A DNA stretch of 62,080 nt from Elusimicrobiota bacterium (GCA_041694815.1 JBGFSC010000009.1:1-62080); one strand, 5' to 3'; counted from the stretch's first letter, positions 32,217 to 43,174 are shown. The notes: generated from the letters alone by a model not told the origin. Translations and numbers: made by a program.

Positions 32217-32742
32217 CGAGGGCTCCTTGCCGTCGCAGGAATCTGCGCGTGTCTTGCAGGTCAAAAAGCGGGTCCGAGGACTCAATATAAAGGAAAAAGC
32301 GATCCCGCGAAGCCCGCGCGAAGGCCGGCACGTTGAAGACGGGGTGATAGGGTCTGGGCAGTCCGTTGAGAAGCAGCATGCCGAAAACCGCCGCCAGCGC
32401 CGCAAAGAGTATGGTCATCTCGTAGATGACGGGGACGAAGGCGGGCCAGCTGTGAAGGGGACGCCCTCCCACATTGAGCGGGTAATGGACGGCCGAGAGG
32501 TAATACTGCATGGCGTAGCCGACGCCGGCCCCCAGGACTCCCCCGCCGAGCACGACCGGCGCCAGGGCGTCCCGGTGGAAGCCGATCGCTTCGCTCAACC
32601 CTTCGACGGGGAAGGGGGAGAAGGCGTCGAGGCGGCGGTAGCCGGCCGCATAAGCTCCGCGCGCGGCGGCCACGAGGGCCTTATGATCGGCGAACTCTGC
32701 CAGCAGTCCGCAGGAAGGCGCTCGCTCCGTCGCCGTGTTCAT
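32194..32742 (-). CDS. actD: Alternative complex III subunit ActD (DUF3341)
   Basis: GLLAEF, SPFPVEGL and GGRPLHSWPAF motifs. Confidence 0.9.
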   Translation of the reverse strand: MNTATERAPSCGLLAEFADHKALVAAARGAYAAGYRRLDAFSPFPVEGLSEAIGFHRDALAPVVLGGGVLGAGVGYAMQYYLSAVHYPLNVGGRPLHSWPAFVPVIYEMTILFAALAAVFGMLLLNGLPRPYHPVFNVPAFARASRDRFFLYIESSDPLFDLQDTRRFLRRQGALDVADVPA

Positions 32743-34082
32743 GAGCGCGACGCTCCTGGTTCGCTCAGAAGCTCCCGGGTCTCCGAAACGGAGATGACGG
32801 GCAGAAACCGGATGAAAAGGAACATCGCCGTGAAGAACAGCCCCAGGCTGCCGAGGAAGGTGGCCCAGTCCCAGCGGGTGGGATAGTACATGCCCCACGA
32901 GGAGACGAGGAAATCGCGGTGAAGGCTCGTGATCACGATCACGAAGCGCTCGAGCCACATGCCGAGGTTGACGCTCAGGGAGACCGCCAGCAGCGCCCAA
33001 GGGGAGGCGCGCACGCGCCGCCACCAGAGCGACTGCGGGATGATCACGTTGAAGAGAAGCAGGGCCCAATAGGCGGGGGCATAGGGCCCGCGCATCCGGT
33101 TGATCGTCACGGCGTGCTCATACGCGTTTTCGCCGTACCAGGACATGAAATGCTCCATGAGATAGCCGTAGGCGACGATCAGGCCGGTGGCCAGCATCAC
33201 GTTGGCCATGTTGTTGAGATGGCGCTCGGTGATGAACGCCTCCAGGCCGTAATAGGCCCTCAGGGGGATGGCCAGCGTCAGGACCATGGCGAAGCCGGAG
33301 TAGATCGCCCCCGAGACGAAGTAAGGCGGGAAGATGGTGGTGTGCCATCCCGGAAGAAGCGAGGCGGCGAAGTCGAGGCTTACGATGCTGTGCACCGAGA
33401 CGACGAGGGCGGTGGCCAGTCCGGCCAGGAGCAGATAGGCCGTCTCGTAGCGATGCCAATGCCGGGCGGAACCGCGCCAGCCCATGGCCAGGAACCCGTA
33501 GACCTTGCTCGCCCACGGGCGCCTGGCGCCGTCGCGCAGCGTCGCCAGGTCTGGGATCAATCCGACGTACCAGAAAAGCAGGGAGACGGTGCCGTAGGTG
33601 CTGATGGCGAAGAAATCCCAGATGAGCGGGCTTCTAAACTGCGGCCACACTCCCATGGTGCTCGGGTAGGGGATGAGCCAGTAGAACTTGTCGGGGCGGC
33701 CCAGATGCAGGACCGGGAACAAGGCCGCGCAGACGACGGCGAACAAGGTCATCGCTTCGGCGAAGCGGTTGATCGAGGTCCGCCATTTCTGGCGGAGCAG
33801 CAGCAGGATCGCCGAGATCAGCGTTCCCGCGTGCCCAATGCCGATCCACCACACGAAATTGATGATCGCGAAACCCCAGGAGACCGGAACATTCACCCCC
33901 CAAACGCCGATGCCGGCGGCGAAGAGATAAACCGTCGCCGCCACCAGCATCGAAAGCAGCAGCAGAGAGACACCAAACCCCCAGAGCCAGGCGCGGGGGG
34001 CCTTTTCGGTCAGCACGATGGCGCTGATCTTGTCCGTGACGGAGGCGTACGTATGCTCCGGGCCGATCCAAGGGCGGTTCAT
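32739..34082 (-). CDS. actC: Alternative complex III subunit ActC (NrfD family)
   Basis: NFVWWIGIGHAGTLISA, SPLIWD and GMWLERF motifs. Confidence 0.93.
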   Translation of the reverse strand: MNRPWIGPEHTYASVTDKISAIVLTEKAPRAWLWGFGVSLLLLSMLVAATVYLFAAGIGVWGVNVPVSWGFAIINFVWWIGIGHAGTLISAILLLLRQKWRTSINRFAEAMTLFAVVCAALFPVLHLGRPDKFYWLIPYPSTMGVWPQFRSPLIWDFFAISTYGTVSLLFWYVGLIPDLATLRDGARRPWASKVYGFLAMGWRGSARHWHRYETAYLLLAGLATALVVSVHSIVSLDFAASLLPGWHTTIFPPYFVSGAIYSGFAMVLTLAIPLRAYYGLEAFITERHLNNMANVMLATGLIVAYGYLMEHFMSWYGENAYEHAVTINRMRGPYAPAYWALLLFNVIIPQSLWWRRVRASPWALLAVSLSVNLGMWLERFVIVITSLHRDFLVSSWGMYYPTRWDWATFLGSLGLFFTAMFLFIRFLPVISVSETRELLSEPGASRS

Positions 34083-36910
34083 GAGGCCAGCTCCGGGGCG
34101 GGGTTCGTCAGTCGCGCCAGGTAGCTCGTGCGCGGACGGGTGCCTAGCGAGGCGAGCAGATCGTAGTTGAGCGGGTCCGCCTTCTGGCCCGAAAGCCGGC
34201 TTTGGGCGTCGCGGAGGTCCCCGAAGACGATGGCCTCGGCTGGGCAGGCGGCCTGGCAGGCGGTGACGACCTCGCCGTCGCGGATCCTCCGGCCTTCCTT
34301 CTTGGCCGCGATGCGGGCCGCGCTGATGCGCTGCACGCAATAGGTGCATTTCTCCATGACGCCGCGCTCGCGGACGCTGACCTCCGGATTGCGCAGCATC
34401 TTGAGCGACTCGGTCTTTAGGTCCGCGTACTGGAAAAAGTTGAAGCGCCTGACCTTGTAGGGGCAGTTGTTCGAGCAGTAACGGGTGCCCACGCAGCGGT
34501 TATAGACCATCTCATTGAGGCCTTCTTGGCTATGCACCGTGGCGCCGACGGGGCAGACCAGCTCGCAGGGCGCGTTTTCGCAGTGCATGCAGGGCACCGG
34601 CTGGTGCAGCATCCGCGGCGGGTGCTCCTCGACGTAACGGTCGACCCGCAGCCAGTGCATCTCCCTTCCCCGAAGCACCTCTTGCTTTCCTACGACGGGG
34701 CTGTTGTTCTCCGCCTGGCAGGCGATGACGCAGGCGCTGCAGCCGATACAGGAGTTGAGGTTGACCGTCATGCCCCAGGCGTATTCGCCGGGCTCCCAGC
34801 GCGGGTAGAGCGACTCTTCCGCGGCGGGGCCGGGCTCCGTCTGGCGCGCGAAATCGGGTCGCGCCTTAAATTGCGCGAGGGTCGCGGCGCGGACATGCCG
34901 GCGGCCTTCCATGGAGTGGTGCCCCTGCGTCGCGGCGAGCGCGCGCCGTCCCGAGCGTTTGGCCAATTCGAGCCCCGAGCCGCCCCACGGCTCGGCGCCC
35001 TGCCGCAAGGCATAGGCGTCCACCCCAAGGCCCGCCGCCGTCTTCCCGCCCGCGCGGCGACCGTAGCCGAGATGCAAGGTGACGCTTCGTTCCGCCTGGT
35101 TGGCGAGGACCCAGGCCGGCGCCTCCAGCAGCCGGCCGCGGAAGCGAAGCTCGAGCAGGTCTCCGTTCTCGACCTCCAGCGTCCGCGCCGTTAGGGGGCT
35201 AATCAGGGCCGCGTTATCCCAGGTCAGGGTCGTCTGGGGCTTGGGCAGCTCCTGCAGCCAACCGTTGTTGGCATGCCGGCCGTCGAGGACCGTCGGGTCA
35301 GGGCGCAGCAGGAGCTCGTAGCCCGCCTGCGAGACGGGTTCAAGGCGCTCGGCGAGGGTCCGGCGGGGCTCGACGCGCTGCGGCGAGTAGCGTGTGCCCG
35401 CGACCACGCCCTCGCTTAAGCTCTCGAGCCAGAACCGCTCGAAGGAGGGCCGATGCCTCCAGCGCGCGCGCAGCAGCTCGTAGCCGGAGCGGGGATTTTC
35501 GTCGAAGAGGGCGGAAAGCAGCTCCGAGGCCGACTTGCCTTCATAGAGCGGTGCGATCAAGGGTTGGCAGAGCGTGACCGTGCCGTCGGAGGCCCTGAGA
35601 TCTCCCCAGGATTCTAGGGGGTGCGCCAGGGGCAGATGCCAGTGCGAGATCGCCGCGGTCTCGTCCGCGTAGTGGCCCGCGTGCACGCGAAAGGGCAGGC
35701 GCCTATACAGCCCCGGAAAGTCCAGATCGGCCGGTGCCGCGTAGGCCGGATTGCAGTCGACCGTCACCAGCGCGCTCACTCGGCCGGCGCCCATGTCGCG
35801 CGCGAGCGTCCCCATGGAGCGGGCGTGGCTCTCGGGCCGGAAGTCCGGAGGCGGGAGGTATTCCACGGTGGAGCCCGCGTTGCCCAGCGCGTGATTGACC
35901 GCGTGCGCCAGGGCATGCACCATGGGGGGCTGGAATTCCCCGACCGCGAGCAGGCCGCGGCCGCGGCTTCTCTTGAGATCCGCCGCCGCGGCCGCGGCCC
36001 AGCGGCGGGCCGGCTCTTCCAGCGGCAGGCGCGCGCAGCGCGCGCCGCATGCCCAAGCGATCTGCCTGGCCATGGCTTCGATCTGCAACTGGGAGGCCGG
36101 CAAATGATGGTCGGCCATCGAGCCGGTGATGCTCGGCGTTCCTTCGGCGACGTAGAGGCGGCTCATCGGCTGTCCTCTTTCCGGCCGCCGGCGCGAGGCG
36201 AACTCCCGCGCGTACGCCAGACGCCCGGGACCCGAGCCGAGGAAATCGGAGTCCAGGGACACGATGATCTCCGCCTCCCGAAGGCGGTAGCGCGGCAGCA
36301 GCCTTCGGCCGAAGGCCAGCAAGGAGCCTTCTTGGGGCGCGTCGCTGGCGACCGGTTCGTACTGGTGCCAACGGGCGCCGGGATAACGTTTGAGAATTCG
36401 GCTCAATTGATCGCCTAAGCTGGGGGATATCACCGCGCCGGTGAGTATCCGCAGGCCCTCGCCGTTGCGAAGGCCGCTTAAAACCCGCGTCCACGCGGCG
36501 GCGAAGGTCTGCCAATGGCTCGGCTGGCCCGCCTCCAATACCACTTGCGAGCGGTCGGGATCATACAGGTTGAGTATTTCCGCCTGCGTGAATATGTCGG
36601 CGGCTCCGAGGCTGTCGGGGTGCCGCGGATTGCCGTCGATCCGTGTCGGCCGTCCCATGTGGCTGGTCACCAGGACCCCGCAGGCGGATCGGCCCTGCGC
36701 GAGGGCGGTCGCAAACGATAGAGGCTTTCCCGCGACGAGATTCTCGGGCTCCTGCCCGTAGGGGATGATCTTCTCGAGGGGCTGCCGGCAGGCGGATAGC
36801 AGGGCGAGCGCTAGCGAGGCGCCGCTCCACTTGAGAAAATCCCTGCGGCTTAGATCCGTCGGCCAGCCCTCCGGCCATTCGTCGATCGTCAACGGTGGCA
36901 TACGGTGCAA
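34079..36910 (-). CDS. actB: Alternative complex III subunit ActB (molybdopterin-like plus Fe-S)
   Basis: Tat motif SRRDFLK; NNGWLQELP; CIGCSAC, CMHCENAPC, CVGTRYC and EKCTYC clusters. Confidence 0.93.
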   Translation of the reverse strand: MHRMPPLTIDEWPEGWPTDLSRRDFLKWSGASLALALLSACRQPLEKIIPYGQEPENLVAGKPLSFATALAQGRSACGVLVTSHMGRPTRIDGNPRHPDSLGAADIFTQAEILNLYDPDRSQVVLEAGQPSHWQTFAAAWTRVLSGLRNGEGLRILTGAVISPSLGDQLSRILKRYPGARWHQYEPVASDAPQEGSLLAFGRRLLPRYRLREAEIIVSLDSDFLGSGPGRLAYAREFASRRRPERGQPMSRLYVAEGTPSITGSMADHHLPASQLQIEAMARQIAWACGARCARLPLEEPARRWAAAAAADLKRSRGRGLLAVGEFQPPMVHALAHAVNHALGNAGSTVEYLPPPDFRPESHARSMGTLARDMGAGRVSALVTVDCNPAYAAPADLDFPGLYRRLPFRVHAGHYADETAAISHWHLPLAHPLESWGDLRASDGTVTLCQPLIAPLYEGKSASELLSALFDENPRSGYELLRARWRHRPSFERFWLESLSEGVVAGTRYSPQRVEPRRTLAERLEPVSQAGYELLLRPDPTVLDGRHANNGWLQELPKPQTTLTWDNAALISPLTARTLEVENGDLLELRFRGRLLEAPAWVLANQAERSVTLHLGYGRRAGGKTAAGLGVDAYALRQGAEPWGGSGLELAKRSGRRALAATQGHHSMEGRRHVRAATLAQFKARPDFARQTEPGPAAEESLYPRWEPGEYAWGMTVNLNSCIGCSACVIACQAENNSPVVGKQEVLRGREMHWLRVDRYVEEHPPRMLHQPVPCMHCENAPCELVCPVGATVHSQEGLNEMVYNRCVGTRYCSNNCPYKVRRFNFFQYADLKTESLKMLRNPEVSVRERGVMEKCTYCVQRISAARIAAKKEGRRIRDGEVVTACQAACPAEAIVFGDLRDAQSRLSGQKADPLNYDLLASLGTRPRTSYLARLTNPAPELAS

Positions 36911-37545
36911 TTGGTCAGGGCGAGGGCGTCATGATGCCGCGAAAACCATTCCCGCACCTGCCTTTCTTCGGGCGAGCCCGTCGGTTTCCATCCCATCTGG
37001 AAGACGGCCGGCTGCGGGCGCAGGGCCGGCGACGGGTTGCGGTGGCAGTCCAAGCACCACCCCATCTGTAGGGACTTGGCCCGGAAGGTCCAAGGCATCT
37101 CGTCGACGCGGCCGTGGCAGGAGACGCAACCGACTCCTCGCTTGACGTGGATGCTGTGGTCGAAGTAGGCGTAGTCGGGAAGATTATGGACCCGCACCCA
37201 TTCGAGCGCGCGCCCGCTGCGCCAGCTATCTCGCACCGGCTCGAGCGCGGGGCTGTCGCTCCAGACCTGGGAATGGCAGCTCATGCAGGTCTTGGTGGAC
37301 GGCATGCCGGCGAAGGCGCTCCTCTCCACCGAGGCGTGGCAGTAGCGGCAATCGATGCCGAGGCCGCCCACGTGGTGCTGGTGGCTGAAGGCCACCGGCT
37401 GCTCGAGCAGCACGCCGGCCCAGGTCAGATACGGCGAGCGGTAGAGCTTGAAAGCGAAGACGAGGACCGCCAAAAGCAGGACGAGCGCCAAGACCAGGCT
37501 GGCGCGGGAAAGGGCGTTGGTGAAGGGATGGAATATCTGCGCCAT
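36889..37545 (-). CDS. actA: Alternative complex III pentaheme cytochrome ActA
   Basis: Five CxxCH motifs; QPVAFSH. Confidence 0.93.
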   Translation of the reverse strand: MAQIFHPFTNALSRASLVLALVLLLAVLVFAFKLYRSPYLTWAGVLLEQPVAFSHQHHVGGLGIDCRYCHASVERSAFAGMPSTKTCMSCHSQVWSDSPALEPVRDSWRSGRALEWVRVHNLPDYAYFDHSIHVKRGVGCVSCHGRVDEMPWTFRAKSLQMGWCLDCHRNPSPALRPQPAVFQMGWKPTGSPEERQVREWFSRHHDALALTNCTVCHR

Positions 37546-37630
37546 GGGGGAACATGCATTTAACGCATGGCGCCGGGGGGCGTCTATGATATCGTGGCAA
37601 ACTCTGTGTTAATTCGTATGGACGAAAATT

Positions 37631-37932
37631 CTCGCGGGAAACCCCGAACTTCGTCGCGCGAAGCGCGACGAAGTCACGCGCCCAAAGCGCGTAAAAGCTG
37701 CCGTTCGTCAACGGTCCGGGTCCTGTCGCCGTGGGGCCCCATCGACGCCGACCGCTTCGGCGGTCGGGTGTCCGAAGCGAAGCAAGACGGCAGCCGAGTC
37801 CACGCTGCGCGCTTACGCGCGCACCCGGCGATCAAACCCCACGGCGCCACCCGGACCTACTCGCGAGAAACCCCGAACTCGCCGCGCTACGCGCGTCGAG
37901 TCACGCGCCCGGGGCGCGTAAAAGTTGCCGTT
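37631..37932. repeat. Two ~75-bp direct repeats flanking a highly self-complementary spacer (REP/MITE-like)
   Basis: CTCGCG.GAAACCCCGAACT-hairpin-TCACGCGCCC...GCGCGTAAAAG.TGCCGTT at 37631..37705 and 37860..37932. Confidence 0.75.
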
Positions 37933-37945
37933 GTTTTTGTGCCGT

Positions 37946-38932
37946 TTAAATAAAGAGCAGCAACCCGTATGATGCAGCCGCGATCATCGCCGCGATCGGA
38001 ATAGTGAGCACCCAGGCCCAGACGATGCGCCCGCCCACTCCCCATTTGACGGCCGTCATGCGCTTAAGCGAGGCGACTCCCATGATCGCGCCGGTGATCG
38101 TGTGCGTCGTGCTCACCGGTGCCCCTAGCGCGGAGGCGGCGAAGATCGTCGCCGCGCCCCCCGTCTCGGCGCAGAAACCGTCGAAGGGGCGCAGGCGCGC
38201 CACCCCCTGGCCCATCGTCTTGACGATCCTCCAGCCCCCGAACAGCGTGCCTAGAGCGATCGCGGCGTAGCAGGAGACGGAGACCCAGGTCGGCACGTGG
38301 AACGTCGGGCCGAGCAGCCCGTTGGAGAACAGAAGAACCGAGATGATGCCCATCGTCTTCTGAGCGTCGTTGCCACCGTGCCCCAGGCTGTAGAGGGCCG
38401 CCGAGAGCAGCTGTCCCTTGCGGAAGATATGGTCGACCCGGGCGGGAACCGAATGGCGGAATACCCTGTAGAAGAAGATGCCGATGAGCGCGCCGATGAG
38501 CAGTCCGAGGATGGGAGCCAAAACCATGAAGATCAAGGTCTTCTGTATGCCCGCCCACACCAGGGCGTCGGGGCCGACCTTGACGAGCGCCGAGCCGATG
38601 AACCCGCCGATGAGCGCGTGCGATGAGCTCGTCGGCAGCCCCCAATACCAGGTGATGAGATTCCAAATGCAGGCGCCCAAGAGCGTTGCCCCGATGACCC
38701 GGTTATCGACGATCGTGGGGTCCACGATGCCCTTGCCGACGGTGTTGGCGACATGCTGCTCGAAGAAAAGGAAGGCGATGCAGTTGAAGAACGCGGCCCA
38801 GACGACGGCCTTCTGGGGGGAGAGCACGCGCGTCGAGACGACGGTCGCGATGGAGTTGGCCGAATCGTGGAAGCCGTTGAGGAAGTCGAAGAACAGTGCC
38901 AGCAGGACGAGAACGACCAGCGCCGTGGTCAC
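37946..38932 (-). CDS. pit: Inorganic phosphate transporter (PiT family), copy 1
   Basis: NGFHDSANSIAT, PTSSSHAL, HGGNDAQKTMG and PVSTTH motifs. Confidence 0.93.
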   Translation of the reverse strand: MTTALVVLVLLALFFDFLNGFHDSANSIATVVSTRVLSPQKAVVWAAFFNCIAFLFFEQHVANTVGKGIVDPTIVDNRVIGATLLGACIWNLITWYWGLPTSSSHALIGGFIGSALVKVGPDALVWAGIQKTLIFMVLAPILGLLIGALIGIFFYRVFRHSVPARVDHIFRKGQLLSAALYSLGHGGNDAQKTMGIISVLLFSNGLLGPTFHVPTWVSVSCYAAIALGTLFGGWRIVKTMGQGVARLRPFDGFCAETGGAATIFAASALGAPVSTTHTITGAIMGVASLKRMTAVKWGVGGRIVWAWVLTIPIAAMIAAASYGLLLFI

Positions 38933-38964
38933 GTCCCTACCCTACCCAATCCGTCGCCCGGGCG

Positions 38965-39624
38965 TCAAGAGGCCTTGAAATGGCGTATATCCTTGCCGAG
39001 CACCATGAAGACGACGTCCTCGGCGATGTTGGTGGCATGGTCCGCTATCCTCTCGAGGTTCCGGGCGATGAGGATCATGTCCATCGCTCTTTTGATGGTG
39101 GAGGCGTCCGATTGCATCAGCCCGAGCAGCTCGTTGAAGGTCTGGGACTTGAGTCGGTCTTCTTCATCATCGCGGCCGATGACCTCGCGCGCTAGCTCCA
39201 CGTCCTTCCGGGCGAAGGACTCCAAGCTGTGGCGCAGCATCGAGCTCGCGACCTCCACCATGCGGGGGATGTCGTAGAGCTTCATCACGGGCTCGCGGCT
39301 CAGGAACACCCCGGTCTCGGCGATGTTGACGGCCTGGTCGCCCACACGCTCCAAATCGGAATTGATCTTGAGGGCCGCGGTGATCAGGCGCAGGTCGCCG
39401 GCGGCCGGCTGGTGCAGGGCGATGAGCTTCAAGGCGCGGTCGTCGATCTCGATGTGGAGATCGTTGACGGAGTGCTCGCGGCTGGAGACCTCATCGATGA
39501 GGCCGGGCTTGCGTTCGGAGATGATGCGCACGGCGAATTGGATCATCTCCTCGCAGAGTTCGCCCATGTGAAGCAGGCGGGCACGCAGGGCTTCCAGGTC
39601 GTCGTCGAAATGGCGTTTGATCAT
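38965..39624 (-). CDS. phoU: Phosphate signaling protein PhoU
   Basis: QPAAGDLR, DLERVGD and LERIADHATNIAE motifs. Confidence 0.95.
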   Translation of the reverse strand: MIKRHFDDDLEALRARLLHMGELCEEMIQFAVRIISERKPGLIDEVSSREHSVNDLHIEIDDRALKLIALHQPAAGDLRLITAALKINSDLERVGDQAVNIAETGVFLSREPVMKLYDIPRMVEVASSMLRHSLESFARKDVELAREVIGRDDEEDRLKSQTFNELLGLMQSDASTIKRAMDMILIARNLERIADHATNIAEDVVFMVLGKDIRHFKAS

Positions 39625-39627
39625 AGG

Positions 39628-40386
39628 CTATCCGAAGCGTCCCGTGATGTAGTCCTCGGTGCGCCGATCCGAGGGCTTGGTGAAGATTTTTTGCGTTTCG
39701 TCGTACTCGATGAGCTCGCCCATGAGCAGGAAGGCCGTCCGGTCCGAGACCCGGGCCGCCTGCTGCATGTTATGGGTCACGATGACGAGGGTCAGCTCCT
39801 TCTTGATCTCGAGCAATAGCTCCTCGATGCGCGCCGTCGCGATCGGGTCCAAGGCCGAGCAGGGCTCATCAAGCAGGAGCACCCGAGGCTCCACCGCCAG
39901 CGCCCGAGCGATGCACAAGCGCTGCTGCTGCCCGCCCGAGAGGCTCAATCCCGGCTCGCGCAGCTTGTCCTTGACCTCGTCCCAAAGCGCGGCCGAGCGC
40001 AGGCTTTTTTCCACCGCCTCGGCCAGGCGCCGCCGGTCGCCCAGTCCGTTGAGCTTGAGCCCGGAGGCGACATTATCGAAGATGCTCATCGTCGGGAAAG
40101 GGTTGGGCCGTTGGAACACCATGCCGACCTGCCGGCGCAGCAGCACCGGGTCCATTTTCATGACGTCGCGGCCGTCGAGCAGGATGCGGGCGTGCAGCTC
40201 GGCGCCCGGGGTGATCTCGTGCATGCGGTTGAGGCAGCGGATGAACGTCGACTTGCCGCAGCCCGATGGTCCGATGATGGCGGTAATCTCGCGCTCCCTA
40301 AATTGCAGGTTGATCGACTTGAGCACCGGCGGCCCGCCGTACCCCGCGCTGAGTGCCTGGGCCTCGAGGATCACGGGAGCGCTCAA
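39628..40386 (-). CDS. pstB: Phosphate ABC transporter ATPase
   Basis: [29 protein letters not shown] and YITGRFG motifs. Confidence 0.95.
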   Translation of the reverse strand: MSAPVILEAQALSAGYGGPPVLKSINLQFREREITAIIGPSGCGKSTFIRCLNRMHEITPGAELHARILLDGRDVMKMDPVLLRRQVGMVFQRPNPFPTMSIFDNVASGLKLNGLGDRRRLAEAVEKSLRSAALWDEVKDKLREPGLSLSGGQQQRLCIARALAVEPRVLLLDEPCSALDPIATARIEELLLEIKKELTLVIVTHNMQQAARVSDRTAFLLMGELIEYDETQKIFTKPSDRRTEDYITGRFG

Positions 40387-41225
40387 CGCGCACCTCCCGC
40401 GGGCCGAAAGAGCAGCCTCGCCGAGACGTTGACGGCCAGCACGAAGAGCATGAGCAGCAGGGCGGCGGCCCAGGCCTGCGCGTGCCAGTCCTTGTACGGA
40501 GAGATGGCGTACGTGTAGATCGTGTGTGGCAATGACGCCATGGGATTGAGCAGTCCATTGTCCCAAAAATGGTTGCCGAATGCGGTAAATATCAGGGGGG
40601 CGGTCTCTCCGGCGATGCGGGAGGTGGCCAGGAGGGCTCCGGTGAGTATGCCCGGCGCGGCCGTCGGCAGCACCACGCGCAGTACCACCTTCCACTGGGG
40701 CACACCGAGGGCCAGCGCCGCCTCGCGGATCGAATGCGGCACCAGGCGCACGAACTCCTCGGTATTACGCAGCACGACAGGGATCATGATGAGGGCCAGG
40801 GCAACGCTGCCTGAAAGGGCGGAAAAGCGCTTTAGTGGAACGACGAGCAGCGTGTAGGCGAAGATACCCATGACGATCGACGGCATTCCGTTGAGCACGT
40901 CGGCGGCGTAGCGGATGATAAACCCCGTCCGGTTGCTTCCGAATTCCGCCAGGTAAAGCCCGCCCAGAACGCCGATGGGAGCCCCCATAAGGGCGGCGAG
41001 GCCGACGATCTTGGCGGAGCCGACGATCGCGTTGGCGATTCCGCCTCCCGTCTCGCCCACCGGCTTGGGGAGCCTCGTCAGGAACCCCCAGTTGATCGAG
41101 GATAGTCCGTGCCAGGCGATGTAGCCGAGTATCGTGAAAAGGCCCGCCAGCGCGGCGGCGGCGCATAAGGCGCATACGGCGAACATCGCCGCCTGCGTCC
41201 ATCGGCGCCTTTGGTAGGAGTTCAT
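40383..41225 (-). CDS. pstA: Phosphate ABC transporter permease
   Basis: [18 protein letters not shown] and RIAGETAPL motifs. Confidence 0.93.
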   Translation of the reverse strand: MNSYQRRRWTQAAMFAVCALCAAAALAGLFTILGYIAWHGLSSINWGFLTRLPKPVGETGGGIANAIVGSAKIVGLAALMGAPIGVLGGLYLAEFGSNRTGFIIRYAADVLNGMPSIVMGIFAYTLLVVPLKRFSALSGSVALALIMIPVVLRNTEEFVRLVPHSIREAALALGVPQWKVVLRVVLPTAAPGILTGALLATSRIAGETAPLIFTAFGNHFWDNGLLNPMASLPHTIYTYAISPYKDWHAQAWAAALLLMLFVLAVNVSARLLFRPAGGAR

Positions 41226-42151
41226 GCCTTGCGGACGCGGTAGATGAGCAACCGCGCGATGCCGTTGACGGCGATCGTCACGCCGAATAGGACCAATCCG
41301 ACGGAGATCAAGGCGCTTAAATGCTCGTCGCTGGCGGCCTCGGCTAGCTCATTGGCGATGACGGCCGCCATCGAATATCCTGGCGCCAGGAGCGAGGCTG
41401 AGATTTTCGGCGTGTTGCCGATGACCATCGTGACAGCCATCGTCTCGCCGAGCGCCCGTCCCAGGGCGAGGAATATTCCGCCGAGTATGCCCGCGCGGGC
41501 GAAGGGCAGGCTGACGCCGACGACGGTCTCCCAGCGCGTGGCCCCCAGGGCGAGCATCGCCTCCTTAAGGGGCTGCGGGACGGCCAGGAGCACCTCGCGT
41601 GTGATGACGGTGATGTAGGGAAGCACCATGAGCGTCAAGATCAGGCCGGCCGTCAGCATGCCCACCCCGTAGGGTTCTCCGCGGAACAAGGGGGACCAGC
41701 CGAGCCAGCGCGCGAGGGCGGGTTCCACCGAGCGCACCGTCGGCACCAAGAGAAAAATCCCCATGAGGCCCAGGATCACGCTCGGCACGGCGGCCAGAAG
41801 CTCCACCAGGAAGGTGCAGGCGTCAGCCACTCGGCGCGGAGCCAACTCGGTGAGGAATATCGCGCAGCCCACACCCAGCGGGACGGCCACGAGCAGGGCC
41901 AGGGCCGAGGAGACCAGCGTGCCGTAGATGAAAGGCAAAGCGCCGAAATTCTCCTGCACTGGGTCCCATTCCTTGGACCATAGGAAGGCCGGCCCCAACG
42001 ACTTCCACGTGAGCCGGGAGCCGTCGGCCAGGCTCCAGGCGAGCAGGAGCACGACGGCGACCACGAATAAGGCGACGCTCAGAAGGGCGCGCCGAAAGAC
42101 CAGGTCGCCCGTCCGTTGTCTGGGGCCCGCGAGATGGGGGACTTCCGGCAT
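41222..42151 (-). CDS. pstC: Phosphate ABC transporter permease
   Basis: WDP, ELLAAVPSV and LGRALGETMAV motifs. Confidence 0.93.
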   Translation of the reverse strand: MPEVPHLAGPRQRTGDLVFRRALLSVALFVVAVVLLLAWSLADGSRLTWKSLGPAFLWSKEWDPVQENFGALPFIYGTLVSSALALLVAVPLGVGCAIFLTELAPRRVADACTFLVELLAAVPSVILGLMGIFLLVPTVRSVEPALARWLGWSPLFRGEPYGVGMLTAGLILTLMVLPYITVITREVLLAVPQPLKEAMLALGATRWETVVGVSLPFARAGILGGIFLALGRALGETMAVTMVIGNTPKISASLLAPGYSMAAVIANELAEAASDEHLSALISVGLVLFGVTIAVNGIARLLIYRVRKA

Positions 42152-42153
42152 CG

Positions 42154-43152
42154 CTACTGGATCTTCTCGATCGTATCTTCGACCATTTTCTTGACCCGCT
42201 CGGGAAGCGGCGCAAATCCCAGTTCCGGCGCCATCTTCTGGCCGTCCTCGAGCATCCATTTGAGGAACTCACGGATGACGGGGCCCTTGCCCCCTGCGTT
42301 CTTTTCGTAAATCAGCAGCCAGGTAAAGGTCGAGATCGGGTAAGCATTCTCATTGGGCGAGTTGGTGACCGACACCCGGTAATCGGCCGGGATCTTGACC
42401 CCGTCGGCCGAGGCGGCGATGCTTTCGACGTTGGCTTGGATCACCTTGCCAGAGGAATTCTTGACGCTGCCGTAGGCGATGCCGTTCTGCTTGGCATAGG
42501 CGAGCTCGACGTAGCCTATGGAATTCGGGGTCTGCATGATCAGTCCCGACACCCCCTCGTTGCCGCGAGCCCCCAGTCCTATGGGCCAGGCCAAGGCGAC
42601 CGCCACGCCCACCTTTTTCTCCCACTCCTTGCTGACCTTGGCGAGATAATCGGCCCAGCAATAAGTTGTGCCGGAGCCGTCGGAGCGGTGCACGACGACG
42701 ATGGGCATATCCGGGAGCTTGACGCCGGGATTCTCTTTTTGGATCTTTGGGTCGTTCCAACGCAGTATCTTGGCGAGGAAGATATCGGCCAGGATTTCGC
42801 CGGTGAAATTCAGCGTGCCGATGCCCTGCAGGTTATAGACCGGGACCACCGCGCCCAGCACCGTGGGGATGTGTAGCAATTTGCCGTCGATCTTAAAGAG
42901 CTGTTTGTTGGTCATCGGAGCGTCGGAGGCGCCGAAATCGACGGTGCGCCGCGTGATCTGCTGGATGCCGCCCCCGGAGCCGATCGACTGGTAATTGATC
43001 TCCAGATCGGGCTTGACCTTGTTGTACTCGGCGAACCATTTCGAATAGATCGGGAATGGGAACGTCGCCCCGCCTCCGTTCAACGTCGACACCGCCAAGG
43101 CGGGGGTTGCGGCCATTAAGACCATGGCTGCTGCGCTCTTGATTGCTTTCAT
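42154..43152 (-). CDS. pstS: Phosphate-binding protein
   Basis: GATFP, YQSIGSGGG, DFGASD and RSDGSGTT motifs. Confidence 0.95.
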   Translation of the reverse strand: MKAIKSAAAMVLMAATPALAVSTLNGGGATFPFPIYSKWFAEYNKVKPDLEINYQSIGSGGGIQQITRRTVDFGASDAPMTNKQLFKIDGKLLHIPTVLGAVVPVYNLQGIGTLNFTGEILADIFLAKILRWNDPKIQKENPGVKLPDMPIVVVHRSDGSGTTYCWADYLAKVSKEWEKKVGVAVALAWPIGLGARGNEGVSGLIMQTPNSIGYVELAYAKQNGIAYGSVKNSSGKVIQANVESIAASADGVKIPADYRVSVTNSPNENAYPISTFTWLLIYEKNAGGKGPVIREFLKWMLEDGQKMAPELGFAPLPERVKKMVEDTIEKIQ

Positions 43153-43174
43153 GATTCCTCCGTTCGGGATTGCA

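Noticed and set aside
37631..37932. CRISPR array or integron attC sites
   Set aside because: Only two long degenerate repeats, no cas genes, and no paired RYYYAAC/GTTRRRY ends or cassette organisation.
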